NCBI GenBank assembly: GCA_977017575.1
Contig: CDRNVI010000149.1
Location: 310,001 to 374,000 of the forward strand
Length of the DNA stretch: 64,000 bases
Reading direction: 5' to 3'
Source of the DNA: Paramoeba atlantica
Lineage: Eukaryota; Protista; Discosea
Under the pieces are notes generated by a model that was not told the origin of the DNA, ran no database searches, and worked only from the letters and a program-made list of their open reading frames with translations. Below, piece after piece: positions 28,279 to 40,315 of this stretch. How positions within the stretch are numbered: the stretch's first letter is position 1; every line of letters begins with the position of its first letter. Made by a program: the position numbers and the translations under genes.

Positions 28279-29214
28279 CAAACCATGAAAAGTCAAAAAA
28301 AAAACCAAAGGAAAAAGAGGAGATCCTCAACAACCCAAACACAAACTTTTACCAAACAAAGTCTCTCTTTCTTTCTCTCTCTCTTCTCTCTTCTCTTCCT
28401 CCTTTTCACAAAACAAAACAAAAAAGCGTTGAGCCGCTGATTTAGATCCCTTAATTTTTCGGGAAAGAGAAAGGGCGAAAAGATGCTCTTTGTCAGCTTG
28501 ATAATTGGTTGTTTTTTTTTTTCGTTTTTTCTTCCTCTTCTTCTCTCCTCTTCACCCTCTTCAGTTTTCTTCTTCCGACCTCTTCAGTTCCCCCTCCCTC
28601 TCTTTTTTTCCTCTTTCATTCTCTTTTCCACTCAATGTGACCTCCATTGAGGGAGCTTCCAAACTGACTTGAACAACTGCCTTTTTCTGTGGGGTGGGTG
28701 ATGGGGGGAGAGGGAGTAAAAGGGGGGAATGCAAAGGGAGAGGGGAGAGGGGGGGGGGTTAAAAGGGATGGTGATAGAATCAACCACAAATATCATGATG
28801 ATAATTTTTTGAGGAGGGGTGGGGGGGGGGGATGTTTCATGGGAGGGAGAGGGGAGAGGGGCATTCTGGCTGATCAAGAAAAGAGGTTTTTTTCTCCTTC
28901 TCTTCTCTTTTTCCTTTTTCTCCCTTTTTTTGTTTTTTTGAGTTTTCCTTTTTTTTCTTTTCTTGGGTTTTCTTTTTTTCTTTTTTCTCCATCTGTTTTT
29001 TTTCTCCTTTTTTCTTTTCTTTCTTTTGTCTTTCCCTTTTTTTTTCTTGTTTTTTTTTTCTTTTTTTTCTCACTGCTGTTTTCCCTTTGTCTTTTCCCTC
29101 TCTTGAGGGTAATTCTTTTTTTGGTTCCTCTCTTTTCTTTCCTTTTTGTTCGTGAGATTGGAAGATTTCATCTGGGAGGACAATGTTTTTGTGTTTTTTT
29201 CATTTGGATTTTTC

Positions 29215-29258
29215 ATCCTCTCTGGATGTGAATCTGAAAATTTGAACCCAGAGAATAT
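29215..29258 (+). repeat. Short hairpin element, family member 3
   Basis: atcctctctggatgtgaatctgaaaatttgaacccagagaatat aligns to 4091-4136, differing mostly by transitions. Confidence 0.6.
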
Positions 29259-29362
29259 GAAACAAAATAACAAATACCCACAATCACAATGGAAAACAAA
29301 AAATGGAAGAGCAAGAAGGGGGGGAAGGAGAAGAAAAAAAGAGAAGAAAAAAAAGAAAAAAA

Positions 29363-29469
29363 AGGTCTTCAGCACTCAGGATTCGAATGTGATCACCCAC
29401 CATTCTCCTAACCAAGCCCACAGCAGTTCTGATGGGATCAGGTGCTTTCAATTGGGTATGACTGAAGAC
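29363..29469 (-). pseudogene. 5S rRNA pseudogene (13-nt deletion removing the start of box A; CpG transitions)
   Basis: Collinear with 2118-2237 but lacks tgcttaacttccg. Four substitutions are CG->CA/TG, and flanking homology continues to ~29881. Confidence 0.92.
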
Positions 29470-29974
29470 ACTTTCTCTTCTTTTTTTTCTCCTTTTTATC
29501 AATCCAATTATCCAAAATCAACAAAAAAAGAAAAGAGAAGAGAGAAGAGAAAGAGTTCAACTCTCTTTTCTCAGAATAAAAAACTTGTTTTAATCTGAAA
29601 TAAAAGGAGCAGGACTGAAAGGAAAAACATAAAATGGAAAACGAAAAACAGAAAACAAAAAAACAAATCAAGGAAAGAGAGAGAGTAATGGTCTTGAAGA
29701 AGAAAGAAGTAAAAAAGGAAAAGAAAAGGATGTGAAAGAAAAAACAGAAAGAAAGAGATACAACCACCAAAAGAAAAGAGAAAAATAACTGAGAAAAAGA
29801 GAAAAAGAGAGAAGGAGAAAAAACCACAACCCACAAAAAAAAAAACTGAAACAGGAAATGATGGACCTCTATTTTGGGTCCGGATGGTTTTTTTTTTGTT
29901 GGCTCACGAAAGAGGGAGGGGAAGAGGAGAGGGAGGAGAGGGAGGAAGCGAAAAGGTTCCAGAGAGAGAGAGTG

Positions 29975-30739
29975 TGTGTGTTCAGTTGTGAAGAAAAAAC
30001 AATATTGGCCCAAAGGAATTCCAGGGGAAGAGATTGTTGCACACCTCAAGGAGAAGGAACCTGGTTATGTGTGAAAGTGAAGAAAGGATCTCTGAGAGGT
30101 TATAAATTCTATGTGGAGGCTTTCCAAGATGTTCATCACTCTTCTATAATGATTAATACCTGGGGAACTTCTTTTCCCACTGGTTGCCCACGAAATCGCA
30201 AGCTTGAAGGCCAAAGACTCTCCCTGTGATATACTCAGCCTCTTGACTTTTACTATCAAACCAGGCATTGTGTGGATGATCACAACCAACTGAGGCAAGG
30301 TTCTCTCTCCTTGGAGAGTTCCTGGAAGACCAAAAAATGGGTCCACAGGCAGTTTGCTTTCATTCTTGTAGTTGTGGAAGTCAATGCCTTCCTCATATTT
30401 CAGCACTTTTTCCCTCAAGCCAAAGAGCTCTCCTTTGCAGAATTTCGTTTTGAGGTTGCCCAAGGTCTACTCTCTCAGAATCATCCCTTGGATGAAGGCT
30501 ATAACCTGCGAATACCACTCCCAACTCATGTAGAACATCATCTGATGATCAAGCCCAACTTTGCTGGAGTTTGGTGAAATGGTAATTGGACTGAAGCCAG
30601 ACAAGAGTACCAGAAGAGTAGATGCAATGGGACAAATTGTACAAAGAAAGTTCGAACCTATTGCTCCTGTGATCAAACACTCATTTTTTGTTCAGGTTGC
30701 TTTGCTGACCATATGAGCAGGCACATGACTGAGGACTAA
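29975..30739 (+). pseudogene. 5'-truncated piggyBac-like transposase remnant with a C-terminal Cys-rich domain
   Basis: KKKQYWPKGIPGEEI, YYQTRHCVDDHNQLR, LESSWKTKKWVHRQFAFIL..EVNA and CNGTNCTKKVRTYCSC...CSGCFADH; one frameshift and two in-frame TGAs. Confidence 0.7.
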
Positions 30740-33639
30740 TTAGTCCTTTTGAAAAATGATGTTTTTTTTTTTTGGTGACTCAATTTTTTTTTTCAAAAAA
30801 CAATATTTGGACAAATATTTCTTGATATTCTTGTTTAAAAGATCTTTATTAAAAAGTTTATCAAAAAAAATCTCCCCTCCACCCACCAGTGGCTTCAAAA
30901 AAAGAGTCAAAAATAGGAGCCTAATTAGTCTTTTGGCCTGGAAGGAACCCGATTTTCTGGAGAGTTTAACAATTTTATTTGTTTTTTTTCTGGTTTTTCT
31001 GGTTTTTTCTTTTTTTCTGGTTTTTCCTTTTCTTTTGGAAGATGGTGAAACATTTCTCCCAGAGTCTCACAGTTTTTGTGCTGTGTGGTTCACATATCTC
31101 AGATCAATCTTTTTCTTTGGTACAAAAAGGGTGGAGATGCTGCTGTTGGTGAAGTCTCCTCTTTGTTCTGTTCCTTTGCATACTTCTTGAGTACTTTCTC
31201 TGGCCTTCTTTTCCATTGTTTATCCCTCTTGATTATCCTTGGTTTTGGTCTCTTCCCTTTTTGGAGTAGAGTTTCTCAAGCCAACTCCAAAACCCCCCCC
31301 CTTATTTATTTTGATCTCAATCTTCCATCTTCTTTTCTTTCTGATTGCAATCTGAACCAATTGGGCCAATTCAACATTCAAATAGGTTCTTGGCTGCTTC
31401 CTCTTAACTGCCCAAAAGGTGGCTTGACAAAAGGTCTCAATATCTAGACCCCCCCTTGCATCCCCTGAGGATCTCAGTGACCCTTATCAAGGGGGGAAAT
31501 ATTCATCCTTTTGGCCAACTGAGCTGATTGGCATTACTAGTTTGCTCCTCTTGGGTTCATATTTCTTCATCACTTTCTTTGAAATCTCCTTGAACCTCCT
31601 CATTTGATAACATCCACCTCTCAAGATCCTTGAATTTCCTAAAGTTGGTGTTAGAGAATCATTTTCTTCTGTTCTTGTTGATAGGATTGAAGATTTCTCC
31701 TAAATCAAATTTCACTTTCTCATCCTTTCCATTCTCATGTGTCTCTCTCTCTCTTTTATTTCTTTCTCAAGTCCTAAATTCTCTTTCTCCATTTCCCCCT
31801 ATTCCCCTCATTAATTCCACAAGCTGGTCTTCCACACCATGCTTGCATGAATTTGATCATGGTGACTACAATGATGAGGTACAAGAGTGCTTTTTATGTG
31901 CAGAAAGTGCTTAGATTCTTTGATCAAGGATATCTTTTGAGATATTGCATTCCTTCTGATGATGTGTGCGCTTTTTGTCCATCTCCTGTGCACCCCATTT
32001 TGCCCCTCATCCACTCTTGTCTTACCCCTTCCTTCTTCTTTGCCTTCTTCTCCTCTGGTTTTTAATTTACTTTAAAGATGTCAGATCATGCAAGATGAAC
32101 TTGTGGACACAGGATTGGAAATTCAAAATTGATTATTCTTTGCTTCTATTTTTGATTCTGGTAATATTCCATTCAAGAGAAGATTTCTCATTTGTTTACA
32201 AAATGAATCAACCATTTGTTCAATTCAGGTCTATTGGTTTGTCTCCTCTCCAATATCTCTGCTTGTCCTTACCCCTCTCCTTAGGAGTTTGTTCATCAGT
32301 TATTCAAACTAAGTCTTGCTCAGATAAAGCATTAATCTTTTGGGTGACTCTTTTGTGCCCTACATTTGGTTTTGGCATGGGTGTGTGCACTCAAAACAAG
32401 TTGACCCATGCAACACCTCAGGCCCAAAATGATGACTGTTTGTTGAGGGAGCAAGTTGACTCATGTTTTCTGATGACTCTTGTCTGGTTTGAGCAGGGGA
32501 TCAAAGTTTCAAAATAAATCTCTTTCCAGATCTCCAATGATGAGAGTGAAACTGTCATCTTGCTCATGATGAACAGTAACAGTTGAATCATTTTTGTTTG
32601 TCTAATTTTCTTTTGAGTTCATCAAGGTCCTTACAATTCTCAATCATTTCATTGAGTTGTGTCAGCATTTGCTTCTTTGCTGCTTGGAGGTCGATTTCCT
32701 CTTCTCTTTTCCTTTTGGGTGGTGGAGGGGTTTGATCAGATTGAGCAAACCACTGGACCAGGTTCATGCAATTACTTGAGAACATTTCAAAAGCTATATG
32801 TTGCCATAAGTTGAGATGAGGGAGGACCAAGTCTTGTGTCCCTGGCCAATTCTTTTCACTTTTAAAAGTTTTCCAATGTTCAGCCAAAGACATTGAAGAT
32901 TACTGTGATCAGTGTTTTCTTCATAAGCTTACATCAGGTTGCATTGACCCAAACAATGAAGAAGAAGAAGAAGAAGAACTTGAATCAGAGTTTCTTCAAA
33001 CAATCAGTGTCAAGTCAAGATCACTGAGAATACATCCAGGAATGAGAGTCTCTGGTGAAAGAGTTTCTGTTTGGCCTTTTCTTTCAAATCAAACAATCCA
33101 ATCATCAAAAGAATAATAAACACACACTTTTTTTTCTTTTTCTTTTTCTTTTTTGTTCCATTTCTTCAACCTTCACCATCTTCATTCAACCAAAAAACAA
33201 ACAAATCAGAAAAGAGACCACAAGAGTGAACATATGGATATAACATTAGATTTTTTTTGAAGGCTCAAAAGGAATATTTGAAGTCACTTCAATCCTAAAA
33301 ACACTATGATTGCAAGTGCAGCTTAAGCCCACTCTTATGTAAAGCATTAAACCAACAGTTTTCACTCCAAAACCTGATGGAGGTTGAAACTTGAACAAGC
33401 CCATTTCAGGAATTTTAAGAGGATGGAACTTTCCTTTGATAATTTCAAGAAAAAATATCACTCTAGTCTCCCCTCAACCAATTATATGATGTTCATTTCC
33501 AAAAAAATATGGTTTCTTTCTGAATAAACATTCAACTAGAAGTCAATTTGTAGAACCACACCACTATACACTCATTCAGACAGACCTGACAGATCTGTTA
33601 ACTTGGAGCAAAGATGGTCTTTATTTTTTTGTTAAAAGC

Positions 33640-36100
33640 AACATGTAATCATGGATGGGGTGATCTCTCATGATGATAATGTGGTTAAAAAAGCAATTAA
33701 GGATTTTTGGGAGGGTCTTCTCAGCACAGAAAGACCATATAACAAAGATTCTCTTGATGAACTGATTGCTGACCACCAACCTCATTTCCTCCCAGTTGAG
33801 AAACATAATGTGGACAGGAAGAAAGTCAATAAACTACTTCAGAGAACCAACAACACCAGCACAGGACCTGATGGTATTCCCTTCTCTTTGTATAAGGCAA
33901 CACAAGAGAAGTACTTTGATATGTGGGTAAAACTAATTCAACAAGCAGGTGAGGTTATGGATTTTCAGGAGATCAATTGATGAAGCAGTAAAATCAGTAT
34001 ATGACTCTTTTTACAAAGCTTTGGCAGAGGGGAAAGATGTGACTCTCCTCCAAACAGACTTTTGCAAGGCATATGATTATGTGAATTGTGATGCACTCCT
34101 TTATATTCTCAAAGGTTTGAACACCCCCCTCAAGCAATCTATGTTGTTGAGAAAGTCCTTTGTGAATATGTAACCTGGCTGCCAAATATTGGTGGATCTA
34201 AGAGGGCAGGCACCAAAGAATCAATTCAAAGATGGACAGGAGTTAGACAAGGATGCTCAATCTCCCCTCTATTGTTTGTGATTGTGTTTGACATCTTCCT
34301 TGTGAGTTTGAAGAAGAAACACAACCCCCAAGATCTGCCAGGCTTTATGGATGATTTGAGGATGGTGCTTTAGTGAGCTGAAACCATCAATTCTCTCACT
34401 CCAACCTTTAAGAAATATGAAGAAGTGACTGGAGCTAAACTGAACTTTAATAAGTGCTTTGACCTCTCAACTGAGTCTTACAAACCAGTAGGCCCCTGGT
34501 CTGAGATGGCAAGACCCAATTACTGTGGTGATGAAACTGGAAGTGAGATTGAGTAAATGGTTATTTCCTCTCAAAGATTGGAAAAAGGTGGTTGTGCACA
34601 GGGTGCTAGTTTAGCCCCAGGGGAATTCAGTGAAAGATGAAGCTCAAAAAGGAGAAGAATTATGAACTTGTAGAGTTCAGATATTAGCTGAAGAAGAGAA
34701 AGAGAAAGAAACTCACTTGGGAGTTTTAGAATAAAAAAAGTGCTTGAAGACCATTCTTGAGTCCATTGTTTTCTGTGTGTCAGAGTGACTGTGTGTTTGG
34801 TGTGGAGTCAGGAGGTCATTCACTGTGGTCTAAAAGATGAAGAAAGTTGAAACAGCAATTAAAAAGAGAGGTGGGAATTTTTGCTCAAGAGTGAAGATGG
34901 TCAATACCTATCTAACTCCATGTATGGAATACTTAGTGAGATTCAAGTTGATCCTAAAATCTGTCACCTCTTTGATGTGGAAATCCATCTGCTTAGCCCT
35001 GGGTGCCATGCCAACACTAAAACCTCTGTTCTTACTTTATGCTATCCCCTTTGGACTCAAATCCTCAACTACACCACTCCATTGTTTTTAATTAGGCTCT
35101 TTTCACCTCTTGTCCACCAATAAGGAGTGACTATCAGAGTCCTCTCTCCATTGGAGCTATGCAGAAGGATGCTTTCATTGCAGCCCAAAGCCTTTCTTCC
35201 AAAGTTGTGTTTGGCCAGGCCACTTGTGTTGTATATACCAATATGTCTCAAATAATTTCAATTGAAATCAAAGACTTGTATGTGGGGGAAGGAAGAGCTG
35301 AGTGTGTGGTGTACAACTTGACTCATGCAATTAGACCTCAGCTCAAGAGGAATTTACTTAAATTTCTAATAAAAGAGCTATCTACAAGAAACAAGTTGTC
35401 TCACTTCTCAAACTAAGATTCAAGTTGTTGCTTAGCTGCCACTGAGAAAAGGAGTTATGATTTCATCTATTGGAAAAATGTTCTGTGGCTGAGGGTCTTC
35501 TTTAAGCAAGGGGAAGGAAATGTATTTTGCTGAAAGTACTCAACTGGCAAGAAACTAAGAGTGTGTGGCCTTGTCTCAAAGTATCTTACCAGGCAAGAAA
35601 CCTCTGTGGTGAGTGCTGCCCTGCTGAGTTTGTAGCTCACAGTGTGTGCAAAAGGAACTAAATCAGCCTAATATACTAAAAAAATTTTTAGAAAAATCTT
35701 AAGAAAGAATAAAATCCTCCTTTGGCCTCTAAGGACTCAAACCAAGAAAGAATTAAAGAAAAGAAAAGTTTTAAATTCAAAGGTTTTTTAATGTTTTATA
35801 ATGGTTCAGGACATACAAACCCTCATTTAGAGGGTGTAGGTTTTGCAGTTTTCAGGAAAGAAAGAGAGATATGTGGTGGGTTTGAAACCATTTCTTTTGG
35901 TTTTAACAATATTGGTGAATTTACAGGCTGTTTGAGAGGGATACAAAATGTTAAATCAATGATAAAAGAGATTATGATTGTTGAAGATTGTATAATTCTT
36001 ACCAAGATAATGTTCAAAACCCATACTAGAAAAAATTATACTTTAAATGAATTACTTTGTGAAATTACAAGTTAAGGCTTGAAGGTTTGTAACACTATAA
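33640..36100 (+). mobile_element. Heavily decayed L1/Tx1-like non-LTR retrotransposon: RT followed by RNase H
   Basis: TGPDGIP (~33860), QTDFCKAYDYV (~34052), GVRQGCSISPLLF (~34237), FMDD (~34343) and VTGAKLNFNKC. RNase H-like FYNGS..NP...G and NNIGEFTGCLRG...IVEDC at ~35790-36010. Many stops and frameshifts. Confidence 0.8.
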
Positions 36101-36149
36101 GTAAAACAACTATTTAAGATAAGAAAAGCTTTGGTATTATCTTTGAACT

Positions 36150-36900
36150 CTAAAAATCAACATCTTATAATCACTTTTAGAACAAAAATTTTATCAATTC
36201 AATAAGAAAATAACTTATTATTGATATTTGGTGATGAAAATGATATTACATAACACCACTCATTCACTGAGAGATTATACATTACCTCTAAGTTTGAAAC
36301 AAAGGATATTGTTTTGATAATTGTAAAAATTGAAAGATTCCATCCAATAATACCAACTATGAGCATTAAAGTGATATAGAATTCATTTCAAGAGGAACAA
36401 TATCTATGAGAGCAATTATGTATTAAAACAACTTTGAGTTTTTTAGTATCTTTTTTGTAATTAAAATCAGTTTCATTAATATTCATGATCAATTGAAAGT
36501 GAGCAGCATCAATCTTTTCTTGCAATTCTTTTACATTTTGTTTCAGCTTTTCTTCAAACAAACTGCATCTCTCTGCCTCAAGTGGCTCTAAATCAATAAG
36601 AAAAAGTTGTTTTTCACTCTAAACAAAGAAATAAATCCAAGTGAAAAAGATTGCTTTTAAGAAAGTGGTATTAATCCAATCTTTGAGGGTGGTTTGGATC
36701 AATGAAACTTGGTTTCCATTACATTTTTACATATATTTAACAATTTTATCAATTTGAAAAGGTTCAATCTTTGTAAAGTGTTTTCACATCTTTGATTTCA
36801 CTCTAAAAAGCAGGTTACCCCAGGTTTTGGAAAGTTTTCTGTTTTGTTGTTAGTCAATTTGAAAAAAACAACTCACATTTGTAAAAGTTATTATTTATTC
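36150..36900 (-). pseudogene. Decayed pogo/Tigger-like (Tc1/mariner, DDE_1-type) transposase
   Basis: The minus strand reads LEAERC...ELQEKI..HFQLIMNINETDF (cf. NxDETG) then YITLMLIVGIIGWNLSIFTIIK (cf. ITxxxxxxAxGxxLxPxxIxK). Read by eye only. Confidence 0.5.
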
Positions 36901-37290
36901 TTTTTCATTTGGACTATTAAGAATTAATTTTTTATAAAAACAATAATATTACTTTATTAAAGTTTAACAAAGAGTTAACTTTTCTTATTCAAAGGTTTTA
37001 GAAAAAAAAATGTATTCATGAACTAGAAGTTTTAAATTTTACAATGAAATTACTTCAACAAGAAGAGCAAAAGATTTTTTTTTTTTTATAAAAGAAGATA
37101 ATAGATTCTTGTATATGAGTTTAGGTGAAATGAAGCAATTAAACAAAAACCAACAAAAACAAACAAAAAACTAAAATCAATTTCAGAAACAAAATTAATT
37201 TTCTTTATTTGGCTAAAAAAAAAATATTTTTCTCAATTTGATTTTTATATTTTTGAAAAAAATAAGATTTTAAATATTCAAAAAAGAGAA

Positions 37291-38340
37291 TCAGAAAATA
37301 AATTAAGAAATTACATTCAATATGGAGACATAATTAAGAAATTGAAATTACAAAAAATTAATATAAAAAAAAGAAAATAAAAAATAAATCAAATACATCA
37401 ATTCAAAACAATTAAGAAATTTGATTGAATCAACTTAAAAAATATCATAGATCTGAAATATAAATTCTAAAAATATCAGAGAATCAGAAAATAAATTAAG
37501 GAATTGCATTCAATATGGAGACATAATTAAGAAATTGAAATTACAAAAAAATAATATGAAAAAAATGAAATAAAAAATAAATCAAATACATCAATTCAAA
37601 ACAATTAAGAAATTTTATTGAACCAACTTAAAAAATATCACAGATCTGAAATATAAGTTCTAAAAATATCAGAGAATCAGAAAATAAATTAAGAAATTAC
37701 ATTCAATATGGAGACATAATTAAGAAATTGAAATTACAAAAAATTAATATAAAAAAAAGAAAATAAAAAATAAATCAAATACATCAATTCAAAACAATTA
37801 AGAAATTTGATTGAATCAACTTAAAAAATATCATAGATCTGAAATATAAATTCTAAAAATATCAGAGAATCAGAAAATAAATTAAGGAATTGCATTCAAT
37901 ATGGAGACATAATTAAGAAATTGAAATTACAAAAAAATAATATGAAAAAAATGAAATAAAAAATAAATCAAATACATCAATTCAAAACAATTAAGAAATT
38001 TTATTGAACCAACTTAAAAAATATCATAGATCTGAAAAATAAGTTCTAAAAATATCAGAGAATCAGAAAATAAATTAAAGAATTGCATTCAATATAGAAA
38101 CATAATTAAGAAATTGAAATTACAAAAAATTAATGTAAAAAAAAGAAAATAAAAAATAAATCAAATACATCAATTCAAAACAATTAAGAAATTTGATTGA
38201 ACCAACTTAAAAAATATTTTTAAAATAAAAAATAAATTTAAAAAATATTACAAAATCAGAAAATAAATTAAAACATTTTATTCAATATAGAAATATAATT
38301 AAGAAATTGAAATTACAAAAAAATAATATAAAAAAAATTA
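37291..38340. repeat. AT-rich 193-bp satellite, ~5.4 units, alternating A/B variants
   Basis: TCAGAAAATAAATT starts at 37291, 37484, 37677, 37870, 38063 and 38256, an exact 193-bp period. Confidence 0.93.
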
Positions 38341-38479
38341 CTTTTAATCATTTCTTATTGATTCTCTATTTCAAATATCCAAGTAAAAGAGGGCAAACAA
38401 CTCCACACAAACATTTCATAATGATGTAAGTTTTGATAACAGACCAAACTATTGTATGAATAAACTAAAAACTGATTTG

Positions 38480-39650
38480 AGTAGAGAGGTGTGAGGTAGT
38501 GAATAAAATTATATTGTACTGCTCAAATAGAATGCTTATACTTGTTTAATAAAGTTGATGCAAGTTTTTCAAGTTGATACAGGAAGTGTGAAAAAGAGTG
38601 AATATTTTTTACTCTTGTTGGAGCCTTCATTGATAAGTCAGATTTACCACCACAATCAAAACTACCATTATCAATAACTTATTCAACTCAAAAAGACAGA
38701 TTTTTGATTAGTGCCTTTCAAAAAGCTTCTTTAACAAGATCACATTTATAGGCATGGCAACCAAAAATCTGAAAGACTTTTCTAGCCATTTGATTCAATT
38801 CTTCAATTGCTGCTGCTAGGTTTGAAGGAGTATGATCCCCCATTACAGATCCAAAGGAAGAGAGGTTCAAAGAATCTAAAAAGGACTAGACTTCAGGGAA
38901 TTTCTTTGCCAGATTTTGTAGACCATTTAAAAGAGAAAAATTATTCTTTGCAATTGACAAGGCATCATGATCAACTGCTTCTTGAATACTCAAATTAACA
39001 TGCCCACCTTCACCCTGGATACCAACAGAAAGAAGATTTCATCTTTGTGATGAATTTCCATCATGAGAGAAAGTTGGGGATTTTAGTTCTTGGATCAGTA
39101 GTGCTTCTAATTTTAATTGAATGCTGTCTTCACAACAAATCTGTTGGATTGTGGTTGATGATGAAAGAGTAAGGTCTTTTTCTAAAAAAATTCAGAAAAA
39201 TTCTCAAATTGCAGAAGAAATATTTCTCTGGACCATCTCAAAGGAAAAAAGAGAACAAATCAAATTGTGAACTTTTTGAGAAAATTGCAATCTACCAGCA
39301 CCAAGTTCAAGAGTTCTTACCTGCTCTTTCATTTCTTCTTTTTCTTTTTCATTGTTCTCCTTGTCCTCTTTAGTTTTCTTTGCAAGAGCAAGGAGGTTAT
39401 GAAATGAAATTTCCTTAGAAAGATCAATCAAATGATGAACTTTTATCAACAAAAAGATCAAGATTATTAAATGCTTTGATGTGTGGTGGGCAGCAAATAA
39501 AATAATCACAAGCAGGTTGGCTTTCCTTGTTTCAATCATGACCACTTCATAAACCACCAGAAAATTCCCCACCACTTCCACAAAAGCAGATTGCCCAACT
39601 TTATCAAAGAATTTGGGGGTCAATAAAGAAAAACAACCATTTTCATTCAA
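38480..39650 (-). pseudogene. Decayed hAT-like transposase
   Basis: The minus strand reads FSHDGNSS (Asp1), ...EAVDHDALSIAK, MGDHTPSNLAAA (Asp2) and FGCHAYKCDL (CxxH with H->Y), interrupted by stops. Boundaries approximate. Confidence 0.5.
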
Positions 39651-40315
39651 AACAAAATGTTCAACAACAATTCACAATTTTCAGTGTTTCAATCATTGGT
39701 TCCAGGAGGTGAGTCCTTCTCTAATAATTTTTCAATCTAAAGCCTTTTCTAATTGTCTTCACCATTTCTCCTCAAACAAGGAAGGAACAGCAATGAATGG
39801 TCCAGCATAAGTCATTGCTTTGTGGTTTGGTCCTTGACAATATTCACACTCAGCTTGCACTACTTTCAAGAATCACTTCTTTATGGGTTTCATGAGTCTT
39901 TTTTCAAAAAAAAAAAAGATCAGTTTCAAGAAGAGGGTCTTTGAATTCAAAATCCAAAAGAATTTTGGGGATTGAAAGAAATACCTGCCTTAATCAGAGT
40001 TGTACAACAATTTTTTTGAGCAATTTCAAGGGCCAGAACAATTCAACTCCAAAACAAAAGAACAAAAAAAGAAAAAAATCTTTGTCATGGCACTACCTGC
40101 ACAACTTTGGGCATGTTTGCACTCTAGAAAGAGAGAAAGAGTGGTGGTGAGAAAGAGAGAAAGGAGAGACAAAAGAAAAACAAAGAATTCAAAAATCCCA
40201 AAAGAGAGAAGAAGAATGAAAGAGAAAGAAAAGAAAAACAAAAACAAAGTGAAAAAGACAAAAAGACAAAAAAAAAAAGGAGGGAAGGGAGGAAAGGAAA
40301 AAAAAAAAAGAGAGA

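Noticed and set aside
37291-38340. CRISPR-like array
   Set aside because: Contiguous tandem units with no unique spacers, no cas genes, and a eukaryotic context.
40294-40315. Target-site duplication AAGG-A12-GAGAGA matching AAGG-A26-GAGAGA at 45499-45534
   Set aside because: Suggestive and used only as a provisional 5' boundary; the sequence is too low in complexity to call a TSD.
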